Positions 49,801 through 64,000 of a stretch of 64,000 bases of DNA are shown here, in pieces (within the stretch, counting starts at the first letter, position 1; the number at the start of each line of letters is the position of its first letter). This DNA comes from Cenococcum geophilum (taxonomy: Eukaryota): assembly GCA_050273025.1 (NCBI GenBank), contig CP158635.1, positions 22,196,001 through 22,260,000 of the forward strand. The letters are read 5' to 3'. The position numbers and the translations under genes are program-made. The notes under the pieces were generated by a model. It saw only the letters and a list, made by a program, of their open reading frames with translations. It was not told the origin of the DNA and did not search any database.

Positions 49801-52800
49801 CTAGGATCTGAGTAAACTTATTCTAGAAAGCTAATATAAACTACGGTCCGCGGTCTGATATAATAGTATCTAGTAGTCTATAAATTTAGTAGATGTAGTA
49901 GATATATAGTTAGGCCGCCTTTTTAGCATTGATATTCTTATAATAGGGGATTAAGAAGGGGCGTTTGCTAAAATAGTTAACTAAGATCATAACCATATCG
50001 TACCCGTCACGGTCTACTGGTAGTTTATAAATATCTATAAAGATATACTACTAGGGGCACTCTAGTATTAGGAGTGGCTTTAATAGTCTTAGGGTCTTAT
50101 CTTATGGAATTATAGACCTATAGTAGTTATTGCAGTTCCGTATATAACGGTTAATATCTATAACTATTTTAGGCCAGTAGTAACGGTTACTAATAATCTT
50201 ACGGGTCTTATTTTTTCTAGGGTGGGCCGTAGAGACCTAGGTATATGCTTCGGTAATAAAACAGGTTTATAAGTTCTATTCTTCTACTACTACTAGCCGT
50301 TCCTAGTGCTTAAGTAGTCCATTTTTAAGGGACTATAGGCTAGTAACATCCTTTGCCTTTTCGCGGTACTCCTATAGAGAAGGGTCCGTACGGTTTACTT
50401 ATAGTAGTTTATTAATAAGGTCAAATTCCATAGGGTTAATAGGACATATCTCGGCGCTTAAAGATTTAGTACTTAGTTCTTTCCGTATCTAAGGGTTAAG
50501 GTACTCTAGTTATAGTAGCGTTTAGATCTATAATAAGATCTTCGCAGCTATCTAGTTATTTAGGTCCTATTTACGTCTTATAAAAGCGTTCGCACGGTTA
50601 GTGGCGCCTAGCCTATATATAATTAGGAAGTTAAACTAGAATAGGACGTCCGCCTAGCGTGCCTACCGGGCTATAAGGGCTTTTATTATTATGAAATATT
50701 CTAAGGGCCTTATAATCTAAAACTTCTTAAATAGGTTTAGGAGTCCCTTCTAGCTATGCTCGCCAGTGCTAAAAGCTAGAGATAATAGCTAATATTTCTT
50801 TATCGTGGATCGGGTAGTTTAGCTTAGCGTCTACTATAGTCTTTAAGTAGTAAGCAATAGGGTACTATTCTCCGTTTATCTGCTTCTGGGAATAAACGCT
50901 AGTAATAACACTATCTAAGGCATCTATTTCTAGCATTAAGGGCTATTCTAGGTTAAAGTAGGCGAGTAAAGAAGCGGAGACTAGCCGTTTTTTAAGTTTA
51001 TTAAAAGCCTGCCTATATATAGTGTTAAAGTAGAAGGGCTGGTCCTTTATAGTAAGGCGGCTAAGGGGCTAAATAATCCTACTGTAGTTTTTAATAAAGC
51101 GTCGGTAGAAGTTATAGAAGCCTAAAAATAACTATATCCCTTTTACGGTCCGTAATAGTTTCCATTAATTAATTACGGCCGTCTTTTCTAGGTCTGCCTT
51201 AATTACGTCCGTACTAATAATAAACCCTAAGTACTTTATACGCTTCACGCTAAATTCCAACTTCTTAATATTAGCTTAGAGACTAGCCTTATAGAGCCGT
51301 TATAGGACCTTATAGACGTGCTCCTTATATTCTAGCTTATTTTCGGAGTAAATTATAATGTTATTTAGGTAAGCCGTATAGAAGTCGTCAAGGTAGTTAA
51401 AGAGAACATCGTTTATATATTGTTGGTATATTGCTAGTCCGTTAGTTAGTCTAAAAGGAAGTACTTTATATTTATATAATCCGTATTAAGTCCGAAAGGT
51501 AGTAAGATCTATAAATCTAGGGTTTATTTTAATTTGTTGGAAAGCCTAATAGATATTAAGCTTTATAAATATCTTAGCTCTATTTATTTGGGCTAGTGTC
51601 TTATTAAGTAGGGGTAGCGGATAACGGTCTTTACGGGTTATATTATTAAGCTTATAGTAGTTAATATAGAAACAAAGTCCTTTATTTAGCTTTTTAGTAA
51701 AGAGAATAGGGGAGGTAAAGGGGGCCTAGCTAGGCTTAATAAACCCCTTTACTAGGTTATTAACAAGGTACTACTTAGTGGCCTATAATTTGGCAATAGA
51801 CTGTTTACGGAGGGGGGTATAGCTAAGGATATTTTCCTTATCTAGCTTAATCTTAATCTTATGGTTATATAATTAGTGGGGTAGAAGCATATTAAATACT
51901 GCCTTAGAGAATACGTCCTTAAACTTTCGGTACTAATGGGGTAGTTTCTATTCTACCAGCTCCTTGTCTATAAGCTCACTTTCCTATCTACTAAGCTCGC
52001 CTTCCTTTTCCTTAATTATTTAATTAATTTCGTATAAACTAGTAGTAAAGGCAACGGTATTAGGTTAGACTAAGTTCTAGTAGAATCCTACGGCGTTAAT
52101 ATAGTAGATATTAACCAGTAGGAGGTCCGTAGGTTTCTTTATAGACTTTTATTAGGCCGTATTTTACGGTATAAGGTTTACAATCTTCCTTAGCTTACGT
52201 TCTATTTTCCATAAGTTATCCTTCCAGTCTATTAGTTTAGTATAGCGTCCGGTATTCCTAGCCTTTCTTTATAGCTGCGTAGGGCCTAAGTTCTCTATTA
52301 GGAACTTAGGTAGGTCACTACTAACTTCCTAGGTCTCTAGTGTAAGTGGCGTAATATAAGTCTAGGGGCGGCGTAGTATGCGGATCCGTTGCGGGTTAAG
52401 CTATATATCCTTCTTAAAAGCCTAGTCTCTACGTATAGCATCAGCCTAGTAGATAGTATTAATCTGGGGTTATATAAGGTTCTCTATTATAATGCTAATT
52501 TCTTTTATAAAAGAAGGGGTTGGGGGTAAGGTTTTAGGCTAGATAAGCTGTCTGCTTCGTACGTTAAGCTATAAGCCTAAATAGGCTAGCCATTTCCTCC
52601 CTAAAATTATATCGTAGCTCCTAAGGTCCGTAATAAGAAAGGGGATATTATATTACTTTTATCCGTCTACGCGGAAGTAGATCCGTAAGATTGTCGTAAT
52701 AGGAGGCCCTACCCGTCCGTTATATCCACAAATTAGAATTGGCTTAGGTAGTTCTTCTAAAGGTATATTTAAAAAGTTAGCTAATTTTATAGCGCACTTT

Positions 52801-55800
52801 ATATTAATTAAGGTAAAGGTATTTACTCCTAAGTTAGCTAAGGTAGAGGTTAAAACTTAGTATCTATTACGAAATAAAGTATAAGGGATAATGCAGCTTC
52901 TTCTACTAACTAGCTAACCTAGATTAACATATAACATATTAATCCCTTTTAACCTTAGAGAGGAGTCTTCCTCTAAAGTTCCTCTTTTTCCAACTCTGTG
53001 CTATCCTCCTAAATTAATAGGACCTTGTTTGCTTTTGCCTTTATTAGGTAGTTCCTTACTAGGTAGCCTTTTTAACCGCATAAAAAGTAAGCCCCTTAAT
53101 TGCTAAGGGCCTATATATAGGGGTCGCTGTAGGTAGGCTGAGTAAACGCTTAGCCCGCGGTAGGGCTAGCTGTACGGCTAGTTGCTAGGTTAGCGGCTGG
53201 TATAGTAGGCGTTATAGGTTGTACTGGGGTATTATAGGCCGTTCTTGTATTGCTTATAGCTTAATTTAAGGGATTCCTAGCCTTTATCCAGTTAGCTCGT
53301 GCCTTAATTTAATAGAGGCCTTAGTTAATAGCCAGGCAGTAGTCTATAAGTTCTTTTAACGTCTATATAGTAGTAAAAGCTAGTAGTACGGCCCGCTCTA
53401 GGTCTAGGGTAAGCTTATTAAAGAGGTCTGGCAGTAGGTCTTCCTAGGGAATCTAGGCTTATCTAGCTAGGTATAAGAAGCGGGTCTAAAAGGCCAAAAA
53501 GGTCTCCGTTATTTTTATATTTAGACTTTTATAGTTAAGGCGGGTATTCTATACCCTAAAAGGGTCCTTATAGATAGAAGACAGGTAGTTAATCATTTCT
53601 TCTTCTAAGACGAAAGGGTCTGCTAAGTCTGCAGTATATCGCGGACGTAGGTGCGTCTAGGCGTCTCTACCAGTACGGCCAAAGACGTAGGCCATTTTAG
53701 CTTAAGTAGTAGGGAAGTGGTCCGCATTAACTTCGAGCTTATCCTGTAATTAAAGCTTCCAATTATTAAATGTAGGGTCGGCTCCATTTATAAGCAATAG
53801 GGGATCTATAACCTTCGCGGACCGCAACAATACTAATGCTATATATTGGGCTAGGGCCTTAAAGACTATAGCGAGTCTGTTTAATAGGTTATCACTAAAT
53901 ATAGGGGTGTCTCTAGTTTCGAGCAGTTCTCGTAGCCGCTTAATTTCGGCATTAGCTGCTATAAGCTCCGCTTGAGGGGTTAAGATATTAATTATCTCCT
54001 TATCTAAGGTGTTTGTAGGTCCTACAGCTGCTTTAAATACTGCTGTGTTTTGTGGCATAGTGCTAGGGTATTAGGTAATTCTGGGTAATTTCTTTAGGGG
54101 TTCTGGTCTGTGCGTGTCTTATAGGTCCTTTCCTTAGGGTTCTGTTTTTTTCCTTTAGGTTCTTTCCTTAGTCCTGGTGATGTCCTTAGGGTCCTATTTA
54201 TGGTCTTATAGATATATTTAAGTTCCTTCTTAGGAAGAAAGAGTGGTTTAAGCTTTAGATAATATTAGCGACTTAGTTAATTAAGATATAAGCACGGCAA
54301 AAGGGTCGCGCAAGCCTATATAATTGGATTGTCTATAAACGAGAATCTAAAGCTAAAGAAAAGGAAAGGAAAGGAAAGGATAAGCAGTAACGCGAGGAGT
54401 TATATATAATCCCCTAGTCACGTAAGAGTTACGTGAGCCCTGCGTCTACCATAACGTCTACTATAGCTGCCGCTTTCTGCTAGTGCCGTAATAGAAACCA
54501 TAATTAAAACAGAAATTTGCCAAATCCTTACCTGTTTAAACCCTTTTTCTATACTCGCGCATACTACCGCCAATTACCTTACTATTACCTTATATTTAAA
54601 GCTATGGGTAAACCTACTTAGTTAATTAAATAGAAGTCGATTATATAAGCTCTAATTAACCTTAGCAACGACAATTTCTATATAAAAGTTAAGACTGGCG
54701 TTCTTTAATCTACTCTTTAACGCTAAAGGGTAAATTTAAAGAGATATAGCTAGATTAATCTACTAATTAAGGTAAGTAGTAGGCCGCTACTGCTTACGGA
54801 TAAGGCTCTAGATATATAACATTAGGTATTATTAATATTGGTTTATTAACGCGTACTTTAAGGCCTCTTTAAATACCTCTTATATAGTCTAAACGCCTAT
54901 TTTAAAGAGATGCTCTAGTTTCTATATAATTAATATAATATAATAGTGGAACGGAGTATACTACCGGCTATATTAAGGCGGGGAAGATAGAGTAGAAAGG
55001 CTATAAGAATAATTATATAATAACGTAACTTAGGCCTAAAGGATAACTAGATTATTTAAACCTATAGCTACAGGTACAATTAGTATATTTTTATTAATAA
55101 ATTAGCTTATAATAAGAAGACAATAGATTGGAAGTATAGGTGAGTACCTATTAATAAGCCTACTAAAGAAATATTAGATTTAAAGAGATTTAAAAGATAG
55201 AGCTTACTGTTAGCGTATATCTAGTAGGGCTATATACTGAGTTAGTTAATATACTAATGCTCTATTAATAGGTAAATATTTATTTAATAGATAAAGCATG
55301 AGGGTTTTACTTATATATAGCCTTAATTAGTCCTAGTAATAAATAATATATTAATCTATTATAATAAGGTATGTGGTAACTATAAAGGATAGGCGCGCTA
55401 ATTCGATAATACTACTAGTATTAAACTTAAATATCTTCCTCCTTACTTACCCAATTTTAATCTAATTAAGGCTTTTTTATAACCTAAAGCGGTAGCTATA
55501 TACTTATTAATTTAAAGCTAAACTATAGAATAACTTTAGTGACTTTTTAAACTATATAGTAAAGTAATAAGGATTTAATAAAAGGGCAAAAGGCTATTTC
55601 TTATAGGTAGGAATTAAGTAGTAGATAAAGGGAAGGATAAGGTCTATTATTATATAGAGCGCCTACTAATTAAGACGTTAAGTAAGGCCTTTACTATAGC
55701 ACTATAACGTTACTAATCTATTCTAAAGTCCTCTAAGTTATCTACTATGCAATTAATAAGCATATATGTTAAACTAACCCTATATAGCTTTATATAGCTT

Positions 55801-56304
55801 ATATTATTATTAAGTAGCGTACACTTAAGCATTTTAAAGGTATAGTACTTATTAACTAAAATTAACTCCGCTTAATAAAGGCGTAGATAAAAGCTAAATA
55901 ACGGCTTTATAGCTATTTAATAAAGGCGCTAAGCTTACTATTTAATTATTTAATATCGCTATAGGTGGGGTTACTAGATAGTAGGCTAGTAAAAGATATA
56001 TTTAAGAGTAGATAGGAAGGACTAGTAGGCGTTTTAGAAAATAGAGTAAAATTAGATAAAGTGTTCCGTAAAGAAGGCACTAAAGAAGGTCTTATATTTA
56101 GTATAAGATCCACTATAAAACGACTATTAGCAATAGTTGGTAATATAGAAAAAGGCAGTACTGCCTATTTAGCACTCTATAACTATTATAGCGTCTACTA
56201 ATTCTATAGCTAGTTCTACTATTATATCTAACTCTACTACTATATCTAATTTATTAAAAGCGTTAATGCCGTTAGTAATAAATCTTGTTAAATAGGATTA
56301 GCTA

Positions 56305-57926
56305 CGTCAGGAAAAAAATTACCAGCATTTTTATAGCATTTAGCGGTATATTGCGGCTAATTGCTTATTTACGGCTACCTAGGTAAGTAGTGCCTTAAGT
56401 TTTTTTTATACTTAATGCGCAATTAACATATAATGCCCTTTTCGCGCATTCTATATGTCTTACTCTAAGTAATAGATAAGTGTTACTCTTCCCATGCAGT
56501 TATTATTAAGTACTTATCCCACGCACTTAATAGTATTTACTTAGTCTGCGTAGTTAGTAGTATATTTTAGATAAATAAAGGCTATTTTAAAGCTATTTAT
56601 AAGGCTAGGAAATTTTTATTTATTTTAGATAATTTAATATAATATAGCGATGGTTTTTTCTACCTGCCTACCTACTAGCCTACTTACCTACTTACCTACC
56701 TACCTGCCTGCCTACCTACTTACTTACCTACCTACCTACCTACCTACCTACCTACCTACCTACCTACCTACCTACCTACCTACCTACTTACCTACCTACC
56801 TACCTACCTACCTACCTACCTACCTACCTACCTACCTACCTACCTACCTACCTACCTACCTACCTACCTACCTACCTACCTACCTACCTACCTACCTACC
56901 TACCTACCTACCTACCTACCTACCTACCTACTTACTTACCTATCTATCTACCTACCTACCTATTTACTTACCTATATTAGTGTCTAATTTAATTTAAAAG
57001 AGGGGTCGGCCTAATTAAAAGCTCTAATTTATTTAAATTGTTCTATATAGCCGTTCGCTAGCTATATATTTAAACAGTAGTTATCTAAAGTGCCTTCTAA
57101 AGAGGCCTTGATTTGATTTAATAACGGGCTAGTATTAAAGCTCTGGTTTAATTCAATTAATTAATTAATTAAATTATGTATAGTATTCGCTAGCTAGTTG
57201 TTCAAACGGTCGTTATCTTATTTTAGCAACGGTTGTCTAGTTTTAGCGACGGTTGTCTAGTTCTAGTAACAGTTCTCTACTAGCTGCTATTTTAGTGCCT
57301 CCCTAGTAGGGAGGATATAAGGAAGGAAGGGTAAAAAATAAGATAGGCTATATAGGGGGTATACTTGGCAGAGGCATGTATAGAGGCTATTAGGAATATA
57401 GCAGAGACCTAATATAAAGCTCTATATATAAAAGCTCTATACCACGGCTCTATATATAACGGTTCTGCGTATACTTACTAAAAGGGGCAGTATTTTAATA
57501 TTCTAAACTATTCTTATAGTAAGCCCAATTAGAAAGGCGGTAGCTAACTATTATAACCCTATTACCTATATTATGCTTCTTAATATTAATAAAGTATATA
57601 TAAAATATAAAATATAAAATTATATTATTAATATTAAAATTAACAAAATTATACTTTTATATATACTTACTAATATTAATAAATTATATAAATTATGCTT
57701 TTATAAATGTTTAGTAATCTTATAGTTAGCACTTAGTAGCTAAATACTAAGACTTAATTATAAATGCCCCATTTAGCAACTAAATGCTAATACTGAATTA
57801 TAAATGCCGTATTTAGCGGCTAAATGCTAATACTTAGTAATAAATGCCGCATTTAGCAGCTAAATGCTAGAAAATGCTAAAATGGCAGAAAAGTAAAATT
57901 AAATGCTAGTGATTTTTTTCCTAATA
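56305..57926. mobile_element. Putative non-autonomous DNA transposon with ~26-bp TIRs and TA flanks
   Basis: TA|CGTCAGGAAAAAAATTACCAGCATTT ... AAATGCTAGTGATTTTTTTCCTAATA|TA; subterminal ~40-bp repeats 57720-57880. Confidence 0.6.
56671..56973 (+). repeat. (TACC)n microsatellite, ~300 bp
   Basis: Direct reading. Confidence 0.97.
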
Positions 57927-58252
57927 TAGTAATTATATAACTATAGTATAAGCCTCTCGTTACTGCTGTTATTAGGAAAAGAAGTTTAATTTATCTATAC
58001 TATAAGGGTTACCTTAATAGTACTTATAGCTGCCTAAAGACACCTTTATATCTTTTTTATCCTCCTTATTCTATAGGTGTTTACTATACTTAATCTTTAA
58101 TAATAAGGATAGATTTTATTACGGCGACTTAGTTCATTAAGGTATAAGTGCCGTAAAGAACGTATATAAGCCTGTATAATTAGTAGTCTATAGACTTAGA
58201 TATTAAGATAAGGAGCAGAAGGTGGAAAAGGATATGTCTATATATATATGCT

Positions 58253-61200
58253 TGTCACGGGACACCCCCGTAACACCTTATACACGTCCACCTGTTTCCA
58301 CCGACTTAGCAACTAAAGACTAACCACAAGACGGCAATTTAATAGCAATCTGCGGCAATCTAACGGCAACCTGCCGCATTCTGCTATATTCCACTAAGTT
58401 CCACTAAGTTCTACTAAATCCTGCTAAGTTCTACTAGGACTACTACCTAAATCCTATTCTGCTCTATACACGTATTGACTAAGCAACTAAGTCCACGATA
58501 TATACCCTTTCTTCCCATTTTCCTACCTTCTCTCTTTACGCAACGTTTTAACTTCCTTACACAGTTTATATATATTATTATCGCTTATACTTACTCCGTA
58601 ATACTATATTATATTAACCACCTATACTACTATTAATATATAGAATAAACTCAAAGCTCCTATAACGGCCGCTAATATTATATCCGCACTTTAAGAATAA
58701 TTAGTAGAGATATAGAAGTCTTTTATAAACGCCCTTATATAAAATTAAGCTACTTTAAATTAATAATAAGCCGAATAAGAAGCTTAACACCGACAATTAA
58801 TTAAGGACCTTTAAGAAGAAGTCCGCACCCTTAAGATGCCCACGCTAGGCCCCTAAGACCGAACGCTATTTTTAGAGATAAATATGCGAAACGAGAGTCT
58901 TAAACCTATAATAGCTATCTACCCCAAACCGACTACTATACTAAAACAATCCGAACGACTACTAGATCCCCTAGTATTTACTAGTAAATAATAAGAACTC
59001 TAATTATTTCTAAGCTAGCTTAAAAATAAGCTAGCTAGTAATACTAACCGTTACCTAACCGAAGCTAACTCACTCTATTACGCCCTAAGTTAACTAAGAG
59101 GAGAGGTAGCTAACTTTATTAAACCTCTTTAGCCAAACTTAGTATAAAGCCTAGTTGTACTTCTTAAAGCCTTATACGGTAACCTAAACTACTAAGCTAC
59201 TGCTTAGAGAAAGATAAATTATATAGCTTAAGGAACGAAAAGTTTCCCAATATACTTCTCTAAATTTAACCATTACGTAAGGGAAACAGGCTAGAACGAC
59301 TCCGTACTAATTAATAGCCTTATTAAATCTTTAAGCCCTAAACTAAAAACCTCCCTAATAGGCGTAGACCTACTAGGAGCCCTTAATACCTACGCAAATG
59401 TTATTAACAAACGGTATAATAATATACTACGCCTAACACCGAAACACGCTCCTTAATACAATATAACAGCCCCATAAACGTTTACTAAGTTATTATCTTA
59501 GCCTAAGCACCCTAACGCCATAGATATTAACACTGGAACCCTAAAGTACGCCCTACTAGGGTCACCTAAATAAGAAAGACGCATTAAGCTAGGCCTCTAC
59601 TTTAAGTGCGGAAGTAAGGACTATATCTTAAAATACTATCTCGTCCTCTTACCTACGTTCCAAAATAACTTGCGAATAGCTAACACTAGTAGCCATTTAC
59701 CGCATTAATTTACCAGTTACCGTCCCCAATTTTTATCTGGTTCTAGCCCTATATCTAATAAGTACTACTTATAAGGGCGAAGCTATAACCGACGTCCTAT
59801 AGGAACCCCTTCCCGCTTACTACTAAAAGGTATGTTTTAAAGTTAAGTCGCTCTCTAGGACGGCTCTGCCTTAGGGTCTCGTTAAATGCTTTAAATGTCA
59901 CGAACTCTAACTCTTAGGATTATAGCATAACCGTTAACTATTATTTTTAGCAGAATAATTAATAGGTTAATGCTTAAGTCCTAATTAATATAGGAGCTAG
60001 TAGTATAGGATTTATTAATAAGATCTTCGCGTAAGATAATAGTTTTACCTTAACCCCCCTTAACCAGTATATTAACGTATTTAGATTTAATAGTAAACGC
60101 ACGGTCTTAGGCTAAATTACCCACGTAGTATACTTAAGACTCTAATACCTAAACCATAAAGAACTAATTAGGCTTTTTGTTACCACCCTAGGTTACCTAG
60201 TAATTCTTAGGCAACCCTAGATAAAGCTATATAAAGTAACCATTAATTGAAATAACCTTAAGCTTTTATTTACCGCCTCCTATTATAAGCAGAAGTGCCT
60301 TATAACTTACTACTCTAACCCCGAACTAAAATCTAGGAAATCCACTAAGATCTACTAGCTTAAGATTTCCACTAATATCCACTTCGCGCCTAAGGAATCT
60401 ACCAGATTTTACCAATATGAGAATTCTACCGAATTCTACTAACATCCACCAAGGATCTGAAAATTCTACTAAATTCTATAAGTTATTACCAAGCACTATA
60501 CCGTCCTAAACTAAGTAGAAGCTTAAGCTTAGCATATAAAACTACCAGAAAGACTAGTACCCTATAATAAAAAGAATACTTAAAAAACCCGAACCCGAAT
60601 CTAACATTAACTCCGTACCTAATACTAAACCTAAACCTAAATAAGAAACTATGGACGATCTAAGCGAGCTTAGAACCCTAAATATCCACATAATTAGAGC
60701 TACTCTATTAGTATAACTCACTAAGAAACCTAAATATACGATCTTTGCTGTTACTATAGCTAATATTAAAAAGGCCTTAGCACTAAAGAAGTATATTAAC
60801 CCTGCCACAAGGTACCAGTAGAGTATTATTACCGTTTAGATATATTCTTATAAAAAGAAGCTAATAAGCTATCGGAGCACTAACTATACGACTATAAGAT
60901 TATACTTAAAGAAGGAAAGTAGCCCGGATTTAGACCCTTATACAGGATGTCCTAAAATAAACTCTAAGTACTATAAAAGTATTTAGATAAGAACCTAAGT
61001 AAAGAATTTATTAGAGCAAGCTCGTCGCCTATAGCTGTATTAGTAATCTTTATTAAGAAACCTAGCAGCGGTTTACGCTTCTGTGTAGACTACCAAGCTC
61101 TTAACGCCGTTACCGTTAAAAACTAATATCCGATTCTGTTAATATAGGAGACACTAAACTAATTAAGTAAGGCTCGCTACTATATAAAGCTTAATATTAT

Positions 61201-64000
61201 CTCTGTATTTAACTGCCTCCGTATAGTAAAAGGAGATAAATGGCTTACTATATTTCGTACTTAGTATAGATTATTTATATACTTAGTGACGCTATTTAGC
61301 CTCGCAAATGCTCTAAGCTCGTTTTAACATTACGTAAATAACACCTTACGCCCCTACCTAGATATCTTCTGTACTACTTATATTAACAATATCCTAATAT
61401 ATAGTAATAACCTAACTAAGTATCGGAAACACGTTAACCTTATTCTATAAGCCCTGCACGGAGCTAGCCTATAATTAGATGTAGATAAATGCGAGTTCTA
61501 TAAAACGGAAGTCCTATACCTTAGACTCCTTATTTCTATAAACGGTATATAAATAGACCTAAAGAAGGTTAAAGCAATTATAAACTAGTAAGACCTAAGA
61601 ACGTTAAGGACGTAAGAGCCTTTATAGGATTTACTAACTTTTACTAACAGTTTATTAATAACTTCTCCGCCCTAGTTTTACCCCTTATAGCTCTAACCTA
61701 AAAGGATAAAGCTTTTATCTTTGATAAGGAATATAAGAAGGCCTTTACTTATCTAAAGGTTATATTTACTACTATACCTATACTCTAATACTTTAACCTA
61801 GAACGAATAAGTGTTATAGAAGCCGACTTATCTAATTACGTTACTAGAGGTATTCTGTTTTAATATAACGAAGAAGGAGTATTATACCCTATAGCATACT
61901 TTTTAAAGCAACTAAGCCCTACTAAATATAATTATAAGATCTATAATGGGGGGTTGCTAGCTATTATTAGATGCTTTAAGTAATAGCAACCTAAGCTAAA
62001 AGGCGCCGGATTTCCGATTAAGGTCCTTAGCGACTATAAGAACCTATAGTACTTCACAACCACGAAACAGCTAAGTTATTATTAGGCCCGCTAGTTAGAA
62101 TATCTGTCTTATTTCCGATTCTTAATTATATACTAACTAGGCGTTTAAGGTTAAAAGCCTAATACTCTAACCTAACGCTTATAAGACGCGCCAGCCCTAA
62201 AAGAAGCGCGCTTTTACCGAAATTAGACCCTACTTCGCCCTAAACTATTTAACTCTCCTACTAAAGATCTTACGGTATACGTCCTTAAAATAACTAATTA
62301 ATTAATTAAACAGGTTATATTTAACGAATACCTAAATAATAAGTTTATTTAAGAGACGCTTAAGCTAATATAAGATAGTATTAGACGCTCTAAAAAGATT
62401 TCTCTAAGTAAATGCGAAGCCTACGGAAACCGGTTATATTACTAGAACCGCCTAGTTATACCTAACTATAACGAACTTAAGCTTAAGCTCCTTAAATATA
62501 TACACAATCTACTAATAGCTAGCTACCTAGGCTAAGGAAAAACCCTAAAACTACTTTAACAAGAATATTATTAGCTGAATATATATAATATAATATGAAG
62601 GTACGTCTCTAGCTATTATATCTGCCAATAAGCTAAAGCTTCGTATAAGACGTATAACGGCCTTTTAAAGCTACTATCTGTTCTAGACCAAAAATAGAAG
62701 GACATCTTAATTAACTTTGTTATTAACCTTCCCGTAAATAAGGGCTATATAAATATTATAGTAGTTATAGACTAACTATCTAAGATAAGACACTTAATTG
62801 CCTGCCCTAATATATTAACACCTACTATTGCCTAACTATTTTTAGATTATATATAGAAACTTTACGGACTCTCTAAAACGATTATCTCCGATAAAGGTAG
62901 CTAGTTTATCTCTATATTTTAGAAAGAACTAACTACCTAACTCCGTATTAAAGCACTATTATCTATAATATACTACCTAGAACGGATGGTTAAACGGAAC
63001 GTGTAAATACTATAATGGAATGGTATATTCGGATATATACGTCGTACTTATAAGATAACTGGATTAACTGGCTTACATTTGCTAAGTTTACCGTAAATAA
63101 TTCTATCTTGGAAACTATGAAGGTCTCCCCATTCCTAGCTAACTACGGCTAGCATCCATAAATAGGTTTTAAACCTTTTAGTAATGCTCCTTACCCCGTT
63201 TATTACGCCTTATAAATTATAAAAGTAAATAAATTTATAGAAAAGATAGAGGAACTATAATAATTCCCTACTAATAAAATGATACGGGCCCAATCCGTCT
63301 ATAAAGCCGCAATAAATAAGAAATAAACCCTAGTACTAGCCTACTAAATTAGTAACTTTATCTGGCTAGATATAAGGAATCTAAACACAAAACGACCTGC
63401 TAAAAAACTTAATTAGAAGAATGCTGGCCCTTACGAGGTTAAGAAGGTTGTTTCCTCTTATGCCTACTAACTAAAGCTCCCTAATACGGTTAAAATTCAC
63501 CCCGTATTCTATACGTTAGTCCTCCGCCCTATTACTTCTATATTAAACGCCTTGCCTAAATAGATATAAGACCCTCCCCTACTAGTTAAAGTGGATGGTA
63601 AAAACGAGTACTTTATTAAAAGAATTAATGATATTAAGTAGAATAAACGGAGGCGCTAATATATATATCTTATAAAATGGAAAGGCTTTACTAAGCCCTT
63701 ATAGGAACCTGTTAACTCTATAGGACTTATATAAGCCGTAAAAGACTTTTATAAACTCCACCTAGAACTACTACAGCCCTATCTCGCAGAAGCTCAAGTT
63801 TAAAGGGGGGGTACTATTATAGGACACCCCTGTAACACCTTATATACGTCCACCTATTTTTACCAACTTAGTAACTAGAGACTAACTATAAGACGGCAAT
63901 CTAACGGCAACCTACTATATTCTGCCATATTCTACTAAGTTCCACTAAGTTTTACTAAATCCTGTTAAGTTCTGCTAGGACTACTACCTAAATCCTATTC
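58253..64000 (+). mobile_element. Ty3/Gypsy chromovirus (Gypsy-C), RIPed; 3' LTR runs off the window
   Basis: LTRs 58253-58603 and 63815->64000, PPT AAAGGGGGGG; gag knuckle ~59595-59640; RT ([11 protein letters not shown] ~61072; YINNILIYS ~61378); integrase; chromodomain ~63590-63750. Confidence 0.95.

Larger units (their letters stand above)
32170..54493 (-). mobile_element. Ty3/Gypsy chromovirus (Gypsy-A), RIPed
   Basis: LTRs 32170-32400 and 54263-54493, TSD GAAAC, PPT at 32401-32414(-); gag ~52980-54058, RT YLDDFYTAYLNN ~51350-51400, integrase ~49600-50200, chromodomain ~32520-32730. Confidence 0.95.
32056..55622 (+). pseudogene. Tc1/IS630-like transposase remnant (32056-32169 + 54499-55622) split by the Gypsy-A nest
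   Basis: LKYLPPYLPNFNLIKAF (LPPYSPDFNPIE) ~55425-55475; reading continues across the GAAAC TSD. Confidence 0.7.

Noticed and set aside
56650..56997. 115-aa (TYLP)n ORF
   Set aside because: Translation of the (TACC)n microsatellite

Overview
Repeat-dense fungal (filamentous ascomycete-type) heterochromatic block. Nearly all of it is nested transposable elements degraded by repeat-induced point mutation (RIP; CpA>TpA and TpG>TpA, with many TAA/TAG stops in recognisable TE domains). I found no intact host gene. Contents: two Tad1-like LINEs plus a 5'-truncated LINE copy, two Copia and three chromodomain Gypsy LTR elements, a hAT, a pogo/Fot1, two Tc1/IS630-like transposons, several non-autonomous TIR elements, and a weakly RIPed repetitive island at about 19.0-25.5 kb. 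Main result: a predicted ribozyme-headed retroposon system. The LINE at 1-6586(-) begins exactly with a sequence that folds as an HDV-like self-cleaving ribozyme. Two full-length copies of a ~1.0 kb non-coding SINE/SIDE-like element (11136-12148 +, 36881-37891 -; 15-16 bp TSDs) start with a different HDV-like ribozyme that has a covarying non-canonical P1.1 (GU/AC instead of CC/GG), and they end in the LINE's 3' tail. Second result: four non-autonomous CCCTT...AAGGG elements inserted at TATA sites. All folds and alignments were done by eye. Coordinates of degenerate ORFs are approximate.
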